From positions 72,203,122-72,254,208 of the forward strand of contig NC_068983.1 of the NCBI RefSeq assembly GCF_001194135.2: a stretch of DNA of 51,087 nucleotides. Direction: 5' to 3'. A program made the translations under genes and the position numbers. Origin of the DNA: Octopus bimaculoides. Taxonomy: Eukaryota. Shown here one piece after another: positions 24,458-34,935 of this stretch; position 1 is the stretch's first letter, and each line of letters begins with the position of its first letter. A model generated the notes under the pieces. That model was given only the letters and a program-made list of their open reading frames with translations. It was not told where the DNA came from and made no database searches.

Positions 24458-25119
24458 AATATATATAACAAGACAGTTATTTATGTGAATCATTCCCACT
24501 ATGATACTTCACACACACATAGCTCAGCCCTAAAAGGAGAAGGGAATGAAATTGTATCCAAAAAGGAAGGCACCAAACTAGTAACTTTAGGGTGTCTGGT
24601 CAGATTTTCAGCTAATTACTCTTGCACTCTGAATGACTTAAATAATAGTTTCTAACATCAAAAAAAGGCCTTTCTAGAGTAAATAATAAAAAAAATCCTC
24701 TGTAAGAAAAGCTAAATAGATCGAAGAAGAAAAATCCTTGAGGCAACGTCAGAAAAGATCAAATAAAATAAAAGAATGATTTTGAAATGGAAGATTCTTG
24801 CATGCATGCATGTGTGCACATGCACACAAAACGCTATGATAAGACCACTATATTTCACATTGGCTAATAATTTTGGAAAGAACATACTGCTACAAGAGAA
24901 GCAGATGAAGTACAAGAGGTAAATTTTGAGATTTGAGATACAGCAGAAGATTTTAAAAAAAGGATTTATGAAGTTATACTGTTTAAGATGTTAGTGGCTG
25001 TTTAAGTAAAACAAAAGTTCAACAAGTGAACAAGTAAACTGTAGAAATGAGAATAAGAAATCAGTTGAATATATAGATATAGAAGGCTGTGCTGCGTGAA
25101 AGTTAAATCACAATAAAGA

Positions 25120-25340
25120 AGTGGTTTATCAATATTCCAACAATCTCAGTAGAATAAAATATATTTCAAAAAAGATTGAATGATGTAAATTTGAAGATTC
25201 GAGAATGTGAAGAATGAAAACAGTAACAATTCCCACAGTACTGGGATTCATTATATTTCCCCAATGAATAAGACAACATGCAAATCCCACATCCATTCAT
25301 AAATATCTAAACAAGTTTGCAAGATCTGTATAATGGGTTT
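25120..25340 (+). mobile_element. Small R4/Dong LINE C-terminal remnant
   Basis: Peptide RM*RMKTVTIPTVLG resembles R4 RMWxMKTETIPVIVGALG. Confidence 0.4.
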
Positions 25341-25404
25341 TGCCATGTAAAACTTAGTTTCTGTATATGTATGTATAATGGATACATGCCATATAAAGCA
25401 TAGC

Positions 25405-25570
25405 TTCTGTAAGTACTGTGTGATTCAGAAGTTTGCTTTGTAACCATATGGTTTTGGGTTCAATCCTAATGTGTAGCACCTTGGGAAAGTGTTTTCTAAT
25501 ATTGTCCCAGGTTGATCAATAATTTGTGAGAGGATATATTAGGTGGATGGGAACTGTGTGGAAGCCTATC
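25405..25570 (+). mobile_element. SINE family A
   Basis: actgtgtgattcagaagtttgctttgtaaccatatggttttgggttcaatcc...ccttgggaaagtgttttcta. Confidence 0.65.
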
Positions 25571-25575
25571 ATAAG

Positions 25576-25610
<35 letters not shown>

Positions 25611-25699
25611 CCAGATTTATAGGTGCAGACAAAGAAAAGGTGTAAAGGAATCACAGAGAAGGTAAGCTTTGAATGTGGCAGATGCACAGAAGCAATAAG

Positions 25700-26125
25700 C
25701 ACATGAAAATAGAGTATTTTAAATGCCCAGATAGCTCACTAGATGTTGTTGTTGGCAGCTTCTGTTACCTAGGGAACACAATTAGCAGTGAAGGTGGCTG
25801 GTCAGAAATTACAATAGTTAGGGTAAAAATAGTTTCGAAAAAGTTCAAGAAGCTATTGCTACTGCTGGCAACAAAGATCCTTTCCCTCAGGATGAAGAGC
25901 AGCTTGTATGATACTTTAACTAAAATTGCAATGTTGCATGGCAATGAGACATAGGCCTTGAATGCAGAAGACTTACAAAGACAGGAAAGAAATGAAGCTT
26001 GCATGCTCTGATGAGTGTGTGATGGTGCATGAACACCAGAGTATAAATGAACTAAGGAAACAAAACAAACTTGGTGTAAAGTGCAATAGAAGATGCTTTG
26101 TAGGTATGGGCATGTAGTGACTACA
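25700..26125 (+). mobile_element. RTE-clade LINE fragment (RT C-terminal/thumb region)
   Basis: SLDVVVGSFCYLGNTISSEGGWSE..KKFKKLLLLLATKILSLRMKSSLYDT..AMLHGNET*ALNAEDLQRQERNEA, the typical RTE motif set (CYLG, SGGGC, LLPLL.TK.LSLR, MLHGSETW). Confidence 0.85.
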
Positions 26126-26174
26126 CTTACACACACACACACACATTTATACATATATATATATATATATACGT

Positions 26175-26211
<37 letters not shown>

Positions 26212-26664
26212 AGGTCTAAAATCCAACATTGTTGTTTGTATTGTGTCTCTTTCAGAATGAAATGAATACTGAGATCAGTATGATCAACTGAAATCCTGAA
26301 AGACAATGCCCCAGCATGGCCACAGTCTAATGATTGAAACAAGTGACACACACACACACACACACATACATTCACACAAATGAAATGATGATGATTATGA
26401 TTATTATCATCATAGTCATCGTTTCCACTTTCCCATATTGACATAGATTGGATGATACTGAGGCTGTATTCTAAGGCCTGATGCCCTTTCTGTCATCAAC
26501 CTTTATTTGCTCTTCAATATTTTTATTCCATCACCAAACTACTGTTCAAAGGGAACATAGAAAATGCACCAGTACTTAATTGGTGTCAGTGTCAAGATAT
26601 GGAGAAATAGACACACACTATATATATATATCTGTGATATATAGTTTTTGTTTAATAAATTTCA

Positions 26665-26780
26665 TTTGCAAGGCATTGGTCAGCCCAAGGCTAGAGTAGA
26701 AGACATTTTCCCAAAGTGTCACACAGCAGAATGGAACTGGATATTATGCATCAGTGTAATAAACTCTACAGCTACACATT
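26665..26780 (-). mobile_element. SINE family A, decayed
   Basis: aaggcattggtcagcccaaggctagagtagaagacattttcccaaagtgtcacacag is homologous to the other copies. Confidence 0.55.
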
Positions 26781-27479
26781 CATGCCTGTGCCTAATGCAG
26801 AACTGTTTGATTATGTAATCAGGAGAAGATATTTATTATGTATTTTCACTGAGATTTCTAACTAACAAAAATAATAAAAAAATAAAAAAATTATGGTGTT
26901 GTAATAAAAGAGATATAAAGCAGGTGTAACTGAGATGCCAATTGAAACATGCCTTCTAATTATTAAATGTCATGTAAAAATAGTTACTGAAGCAATTTTT
27001 TTTAATGTTAATTTTTCAAATGAAATTGAAACTTGGTGTTTTTGTTTCATCAGTTTGGTCTGAGGGAATCTTTGTGTCTATTGCCATCATAGGCAATTAA
27101 TGGTGGTTAATGTTTCAACTGATATTTAACAATCACCAAGAGTTAATTTTTTTGACTGATATTTAACACAAAAATAAAATAAAATGAAATATATTCAAAC
27201 ATCAAATGACAACTTGTGTTCAATGTTTCCATTATTGATACAGCAGAGTTAAAAACTAGCCAGATCAACTACATGTGTTGTGGCTCATAACTTATTGCTA
27301 CTTATTAAGCTACTGGTAAGTGAGGCCAATACTATATTGAAATTATAAGAATATAAACAGGGAAGCTGTTACATAAGATTTCTTTATCTAGAATGCTTAA
27401 ATAATTTTCTCAAAATGCATTATAAATTGTATTATAATTTGTTGGTATGATGTCATTCAGCAGCTTATATTAACTAGAA

Positions 27480-27840
27480 CAGTGGGTTCCCAAACTTTTT
27501 AGAGATGCGACCCACTATTTATGACACCAGTTTATGGCGACCCACTTAACTCTACTGGGTAAAAACATTAATGAAAGAAACAAGTTTATTTCAGATTACA
27601 TTTTCATTGAGGCTTGTGAGAAGGATGAGCCTGTTTCTTGCTACGCTCAATAATAGAATTAACATCAGGTTCAATGATAAAACAACCAGTCCCATATTGA
27701 AAACATGAGTCTTGAACTATCTCGGTGGTGGACACAGCAGTTAATCAAAGCTAATGCGTAATTTTATAACTTTTTGCGACCCACTAGGATTCTGTTCGAG
27801 ACCCATCAGTGGGTCGCGACTCATAGTTTGGGAACCACTG
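27480..27840 (-). mobile_element. Non-autonomous hAT (Charlie/Buster-like) element, 361 nt, with 8-bp TSD
   Basis: TIRs cagtgggttcccaaact and agtttgggaaccactg; TSD aactagaa at 27472-27479 and 27841-27848. The minus strand encodes IEPDVNSIIERSKKQAHPSHKPQ*, like the KQAHxSH C-terminus of Charlie/Buster transposases. Confidence 0.92.
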
Positions 27841-28593
27841 AACTAGAATATGTAGCATTTACATGATCAGTCTATCATATCATATTCAAAGCTTTTATTG
27901 TACTGTGACATGAAGCATTTCTTTTTAACGATCTTACTATGTCTGTCTGTCCATCTGTCCGTGACCTTTTCAAGGCCAAACGATTGGTCACATTTGCATG
28001 AAACTTGGCAGTCTTACTATGGACATCTCAAGAGTGGTGTATATCATGTTTAAAAAAATTATTGGAAAGACTTGTTTTACTGGTCTGATTCGTATAAAAC
28101 TAAGGAAGCCATTTCCGTAAAAGATTTCTTTTATTTATTTCTTTCCTTTCTCTGTGTGTGGCAGCAAAGGGGCATTGTTCAACAGGAAGTGTGTTGATGG
28201 GGTGTGCGACACAGCAAGTGTGTGACAGAGACAGAGAGAGACACACACACACACAGACAAATTGGAGAAAGAGAGAGACAGAGACAAACATAGAGTGAGA
28301 GAGACAAACAGAGACTGTGTGTATGTCTGTGTGTGCATTTTTTAAACCCCATTTCTCTACAATGATGTCAATTTCAGCCAGCACCCACAACAAAAATATT
28401 CATAAATAAAAATACATAAAAATAAATTATATGGAAATTGGCCACAGTATCAAAACAGAAACAAAAACCTTAATGGCATTTATGAAAGTTCGAACAGTAT
28501 TTTCAATTCTTCTTTCATTATTATCTCTACAACAGTTCTGGGTGTTGATGGGGTGAGTGACACACAAAGTGTGAGTCACACAGNNNNNNNNNN

Positions 28594-28712
28594 GCGTGTC
28601 TGTGCACATACATGTGTGTGTGTGCGTGTCTGTGCACATGCATGTGTGTGTGTGCGTGTCTGTGCACATGCATGTGTGTGTGTGTGCGTGTCTGTGCACA
28701 TGCATGTGTGTG
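28594..28712. repeat. Minisatellite of about 30 nt (gcgtgtctgtgcacatgcatgtgtgtgtgt) x about 4, truncated by a 10-N gap
   Basis: Directly visible tandem copies. Confidence 0.88.
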
Positions 28713-28798
28713 TGTTTTTCCTTTTTGTTCTACCCCATCAACACATTGATGGGGTGTGTGAAACAGAAAGTGTGTGAAACAGAAAGTGTGTGACACCA

Positions 28799-28840
<42 letters not shown>

Positions 28841-28884
28841 TGAAAAACACAGACAGAAAGAGAGAGAAAAAGACTGTGTGTGTG

Positions 28885-28934
<50 letters not shown>

Positions 28935-29019
28935 TCTTTTAACCCCATCAACACACTTCCTCTACAAAATATGTCAATTTGGTACAGCACCCAGGGCAAA
29001 AAAATAAATAAATAAAGAC

Positions 29020-29571
29020 AATAATGTTAATGACCACATGATTAACAACTTCCCAGGAGAAAGTTGACAATATCCAAGTTCGGATATTATAGTTGATGGA
29101 AATTATCACCAGTATCCACAGGATTTCCTTAACAACTTGAATCCATCGGGACTACCTATGCATAGAATCTCACTGAAAAAGTACTATCCTATAATGCTCC
29201 TACGAAATTTTGACCCTGCCAATGGACATTGCAACGGAACAAGATACACCGTCATGCAACTCAATTCTCATGTCATCGAGGCAGTGACAGTGATTGGCCC
29301 TCACAGTGGTAAGCACCTGTTCATACCTCAGATATCACTGGTACCCTCCAACAACCAATTACAACGCAGGGAGTTTCCCATCAAACTAATCTTCTCATTC
29401 ACAGCTAACAAGTCACAGGGCCAGACTGTAGATAGTGTTGGTGTGTTTCTGTCCACTCTGATGTTTACACACGGCCAGTTGTATGTCACTATGAGCAGAG
29501 GAAAGGACTCAGCTAATTTGAAAATTAGTGTTAATCAAACACAAAATATCATTTACAAAGAAGTTTTGTAA
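29020..29571 (+). pseudogene. Helitron RepHel C-terminal PIF1-family helicase remnant
   Basis: NNVNDHMINNFPGES*QYPSSD..YPQDFLNNLNPSGLPMHRISLKKYYPIMLLRNFDPANGHCNGTR..FPIKLIFSFTANKSQGQT..FTHGQLYVTMSR..TQNIIYKEVL*. It shows SF1B motifs V/VI and the typical Helitron NIVYxEVL end. One in-frame stop at 29065; the N-terminal helicase and Rep domains are absent. Confidence 0.93.
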
Positions 29572-29829
29572 ATGTAATAATATCATGAATATGCACTATG
29601 TAAAGCTGTACATAAGTATAATCAAAACTAACCATTATCTATATTTTGTTACATTTCCTATGCCATATTTCAGTACAAATACATTCATACTTAAAGTTGT
29701 TATTTTCCACACTCCTTTCCTTTCCCATCGTAGATGGGTAGCTTTGCTAGTTTATATAATGTAGCATATATTTTTGCTCTGAAATGGTGAATTTGTCAAC
29801 ATCAAGAACTTAATACAATGCAAGTTAAA

Positions 29830-30030
29830 AGTGGGGGCATTGTGGACAAAATACCTAGTGGTATATAGTTGTGTACCTTCACATTTTGAGTTCAAATTTC
29901 ACCAAGATTGACTTTGCTTTTCTTCCTACCAAGATTAATAAAATAAACTGTTCATCAAGTACAGAGAGGCACTGTAACCAACAACACTTATCCCTTAAAG
30001 TGTGGAATTGTACCAGTTGACATTAGAATC
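29830..30030 (+). mobile_element. SINE family B, decayed
   Basis: ttttgagttcaaatttcaccaagattgactttgcttttc (B-box region) plus body. Confidence 0.6.
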
Positions 30031-31517
30031 AACTGGACAGAAAAATGAACCATCAAAAATATATTTCACTAAGCCATCACATCCAGTCAATAAGATTGAT
30101 ACAAGGCAGGTTGGGTTTATCAATACATGCTATTTATAGCAAATTCCACTTTGCCATAACCTTCAAATAACTAACGATTTTTCACTTATCAGTTTTCTAA
30201 TGTTGGTGATTGCATGCCTTTTGGAATTATTCCTTCTTATTTCATAACTGACCAGAGTAAATGGTCAGTTAATGCAGTCATCTGTTGCTATAGAGAATTT
30301 GTTGAAAGAATGAATAAGATGTTGTCTCAAATAATTAAAAAGAATCAAGAGCTTGTGGTATTGGCAAATGTATCATGCACACAATTTCTTTTGCTCATTT
30401 ATTTTGTTTATTCTGTTGCTCATTTGAACACTAACTAAATCCTCTGGCATTCATCTGTCCACTTTAATCTCAGGCTATTTGATTTATTGTCAGTATTTAG
30501 AAGCAAACAATTCCCAAGATTGATGTGTAGGCATACCAAGTACAATATACACCATAATGATTACTATAATGATAGTTTATGATAAATACTTACAGATTTG
30601 ATATCACATGAACATCATTTCAGAGGAGCAACTGGATTGATACCCATCTTTAATACTGCTAGTATTTATAACAATATTAAACAAGTATACATTATACTGT
30701 TATTATATATGACTGACATTCACTTTACAAAACTCATCAGGCAATATTTAATAATAGCATTGCAATTATATGAACACTGATGTTTCCAATGTATAACTCA
30801 TAATGTACATCACTAGAACAACATGACCATCTTCTGTAATACATAGTATAAAAGATATTGATATCCATATTGATCATCTTGATACTAGTATCTCTAATAC
30901 TAATAACCATATGATCAATAAATAATGGCCAATATGATTTGAATCCTAGGTTGAAGAGTTGTAAATTTACATATTGTCAATGGTGTTGAACTTAGCTTTG
31001 AACAAAGTACAAAAATTATGAAACTTTATTTACAATACAGTAGAACTGATAAGAAACAAGAGATAACTTAATGCTCAAGAGGGCTAAATGGTAACATGTA
31101 GTCTTTTAGTTTTGATTTCCGAGCCCAAATCTTCTCACAAACAAAGAAAAATAAATATAAATAAGTTGGTGGTGCTTTGCATTAGCCAGATAAAAACAAA
31201 TCTCTTCACTAGAAGTCTATATTGGAAAAAAAAATTGAAATCAAAACAAAGGTGAATTGGTAGAAATTGTAAAGCCACAGAATACCTTCCAGTATTTTAG
31301 AGTTGTTACTTTGTGTTTTTAGAGTAAATACTGTCTTTGTCTTTCAAGGATTAAGAAACATACTGGCTTCAGTTTAATCAACTAATATCCCTCCTTGTAC
31401 AGAGATTAGCCTTGCACCAACAAATATATACCAGAAAATGTGTGATTAATCATACATTTCAGTATATTCATGAATATTTTAGTGTATTCATAAATATTTT
31501 CTGATAACCATGTGTAA

Positions 31518-32158
31518 CATAGGCATAAGACCACAAAGTTGAAGGGGAGACACTTAGATACATAAAATCATCCGCAGTACTTGATTGGTATTTTTTATCA
31601 ATCTTGAATGAATGAAAAGCAAACTTGACCTTTGTGGGATTTGAATTCAGAATATAAAGAGCCAAAATAAATATCTCAAGGCATCCTAATGATTCTGCTA
31701 ATATATAGCCATTAAAGTCAAAGAATAATTGTATCTAACACAGGCACAAAACTTGAAATTTTGCAGGAAGGAGTTAGTTGGTTAGATCAACCCAGTGTTT
31801 GACTGTTACTTCATTAAACCAGAAAAAAATAAAAGGAAAAATAGACCTTGGCAGGATATGAACTCAGAACCTAAAAAGGTAGAACTAATACTACAACACA
31901 TTTTCTCTAATGCTCTAACAATTCTGCCAATCCACCACCCTTAATAATAATAATTTTAAATTTTGGCACAAGACCAGCAAATTCAAGGGAGGATATAAGT
32001 TGATTATATAGGCCCCAGTACACAACTGGTACTTGTCTTATCGATTCCAAAAGGATGAAAGGCAAAGTCAACCTCAGCAGAATTTGAACTCAGAACATAC
32101 AGACAAATGAAATGTTACTAAACATTTTGCCTGGCATGCTAACAGTTCTGCCAGTTAA
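31518..32158 (-). mobile_element. Three tandem family-B SINE copies (about 31518-31710, 31738-31940, 31960-32158)
   Basis: Each shows the head (reverse complement tggcagaa..gttag.. and gagttcaaat/gagttcatat B box) and the shared body ending in ..tgtgcc. Confidence 0.75.
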
Positions 32159-33264
32159 TAATAAAATAAGTTAATAATAATAAATCTATGACACAATTTT
32201 ACTAACTAGTATTTTGCTAAGTCAACAAAAGAAGCTCTATATGATTCCTCAATATGCTAGAAATAGCAGCTAAATTTCTCACAAATCACAGCTAAAAGAA
32301 TGAGACAATCTAGCAAGGGTTTTCTACACAGGGGAATTGAATCTACTAAGCCATGGCAAGAAAGCTTTGGTCATAGGTCTGCTTCTTCAAGACTGACCCG
32401 GGGCTAATGAACACCACCAGCAAAATGGAAGACACATTAAATAATATAGTCCCAGATACTCTTTTCCTGCATTAAATATGAGATGGTCAAGGCTAGAATG
32501 ATTCTGATTACAGAGTTGTTTGATTTGTGTTGGCAGAGGGCTAAACAACAATACATTTTTGTTTTTATCATGGAAAAGAATCACATGAAATCATTAACCA
32601 CCCTACTGATTCAGTGGGCCACTTAAATCATAAGCTAAAATGACATGTAACAGGTAAAGTTAGAAATCTAATTTAAAGAATGAATAATGGGAAGCTAATT
32701 TCCAATAATGGTTGTCATGTGAAAGTGTGAAAAAATTTTTTTAAAAGTTATTTCATCACGCATGCAAACACATGCTGCACATTTACACAGAGTATAAGAT
32801 GTATTAGTGTTTTGCAATGCAAGACACCAGTGGAAAAAACAAAAAATCTTTACAGCAGAGAGAAGGTGACTAATACTAGGAGCTTCATGAATATCCTCAC
32901 ACACACTCACACAAACATGTGCACAAGATCAACAAAAATTTAAAATCAGATATCATCACAATATCATAACATAACATCCATTTTCCCATGGTGACATGAG
33001 TTTGATCATACTGCACATTGCCACTTATTTCCAATTTGAAGTATTGTAATGTACATTTTAAATGTTTTCAAATATTTTCAGTAAAGTGGTATAATAAATT
33101 AGTTATTGAAATTTCAATAATATTAAATTATTTGAAAAAATAAAAAGAGTAAAGAAACTACTGGGATAAAAAAAAATGTTTTAAGTTATAAGTCATGAGA
33201 TTTATCTGAAAATGCAGTTTATTAACTCTTTTGTAAGCATATTTCTAATGAAATATATAAGACA

Positions 33265-33450
33265 GTTAATTGGCAGTGTCATTAGAACACTGAATAAAAT
33301 ACCTTGCAGTATGTGCTCTGCTTCTGAGCTCTGTGTTCAAATCCTGCCAAGATCAGCTCTGCCTTTCATCCTTTCAATGGTTGATAAAAATCTACCAATC
33401 CAGCATGGTAAATTGGCAGAACTATTAGAAGGCAGGACAAGATGACTTAC
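33265..33450 (+). mobile_element. SINE family B
   Basis: ttggcagtgtcattagaacac...gttcaaatcctgccaagatcagctctgcctttcatcctttcaatggttgataaa. Confidence 0.7.
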
Positions 33451-33619
33451 ACTATCTGTTCTGACTCTGCATTCTAATAGCAATGCCTGCGATGGCATAA
33501 GTGCCAAGTAGTATCATTCCAACTTCTCTCTTGGATAACATTAGTGGTATGGAGACTTGTATGCCAGGGTAACTATTTATCTTCTTAAAAAATATTGTCC
33601 AGGCTTGCACATGCCTCAT

Positions 33620-33970
33620 CATAACTGTTTAACATTTGATTTCCATGCTGGCATGGGTTGGACACTTTAATATGGAGCTGGCCAAACTCCAATTGTCTGT
33701 TGTGGTATGGCTTCTGCAGCTGAATGCCCTTCATAACACAAACTACTTTACAGAATGTGCTTGGAGCTTTCCACATGGCAACAGGCACGTTTATGTAGCA
33801 CCAGCATGAGTGCATTTTATGTGGCCCCATCAGCTGCAAAGGACAAGAGATTTTACTTAGCCTGGTGCATCTTCTCAAGTACAGGAAATTGCCACAACTC
33901 TCAGTCCCTTTCCTCAGTGCCATTTCCTCAGTGAGGCCCAGTGTCTGAAAATCCTGTGTAAACAAATAGT
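33620..33970 (-). mobile_element. RTE LINE 3' end
   Basis: catgctggcatgggttggac...cagctgaatgcccttcataac reverse-complements the RTE tail; the upstream part resembles the end of ORF2. Confidence 0.65.
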
Positions 33971-34866
33971 CATTTTGAACCATTGGAAGCTTCCAATGAA
34001 ATACAGGCAAGCATCCTACATATTATGAAAGCTCTGTATTCCTGAAAATTCTACTGTAATATTATGACATATATGTCAATAGAAAATAGATTTTGCATTA
34101 CAGAATTCCTCTTCTGAATGCACACTTTCATAATGTAAATGATACATGTACACTGTCTCTAAGTTTCAAATAATTTATTAAAAATTTTATTTTTGTTCAT
34201 CTAACATTTAAAAAACAGAATTGATTTCACAAAAGTTAAACCAGATAGGAACTATTTCTAATGTAGCCAACTGCAGTTACCTATCACTTACATTACAACT
34301 TCTTCAGGTCTAAGTAACTTTCTCAAAACAAGAAAACTTTTCACTGTCAACATCAAATGAAATATTTTCAAAGGAATTGACAAATCTAAAAGCTCTGAAT
34401 TTATGCAATATGTGAGAGAAATGAAAATGAAATGAAAAACAAATAGCAAAAAAAAAAAGATCAAGAAACTAACGATGACGATAATGACGACAATGGTAGT
34501 GGTACTGGTGATGCTTATTGTGGTTGTTGTTAGTAGTAGTAGTAGTAGCAGCAGCAACTTTTTCAATTATTTTTCAAGAGAGTAAAAAAGACGCCAACAG
34601 AATATAGAATTCATCATCATCATTACCACAACCATTGCTATCACTACAGTTACCATTATGAAACTCTCACTTGATACTTAATATATTAATATATTATGGC
34701 TGTTCTGATATTTTTTCCAGATTTGTCAGTTGTCAGAAATTTACATAATTATTATTTTTAAATTAAAGCTGTTCATGAAATCCTAGTGCTTTCAGAGATG
34801 TTGTCTTGCTTGCTTGCAGGAAGAGAGTAGGTAGGGACTCAATAATGGAAATTAATTGAAAATAAT

Positions 34867-34868
<2 letters not shown>

Positions 34869-34922
<54 letters not shown>

Positions 34923-34935
34923 ACACACACACACA
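34869..34935. repeat. (GA)n(CA)n microsatellite
   Basis: Directly visible. Confidence 0.9.

Larger units (their letters stand above)
27932..29750 (+). mobile_element. Non-autonomous Helitron (about 1.8 kb) with both termini
   Basis: 5' A|TCTTACTAT followed by (gtct)n. 3' hairpin cccatc-gta-gatggg (29724-29738), then CTAG|T (29747-29751), giving an A|T insertion site without TSD. It carries a PIF1 helicase remnant. The 5' boundary is less certain than the 3'. Confidence 0.82.
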
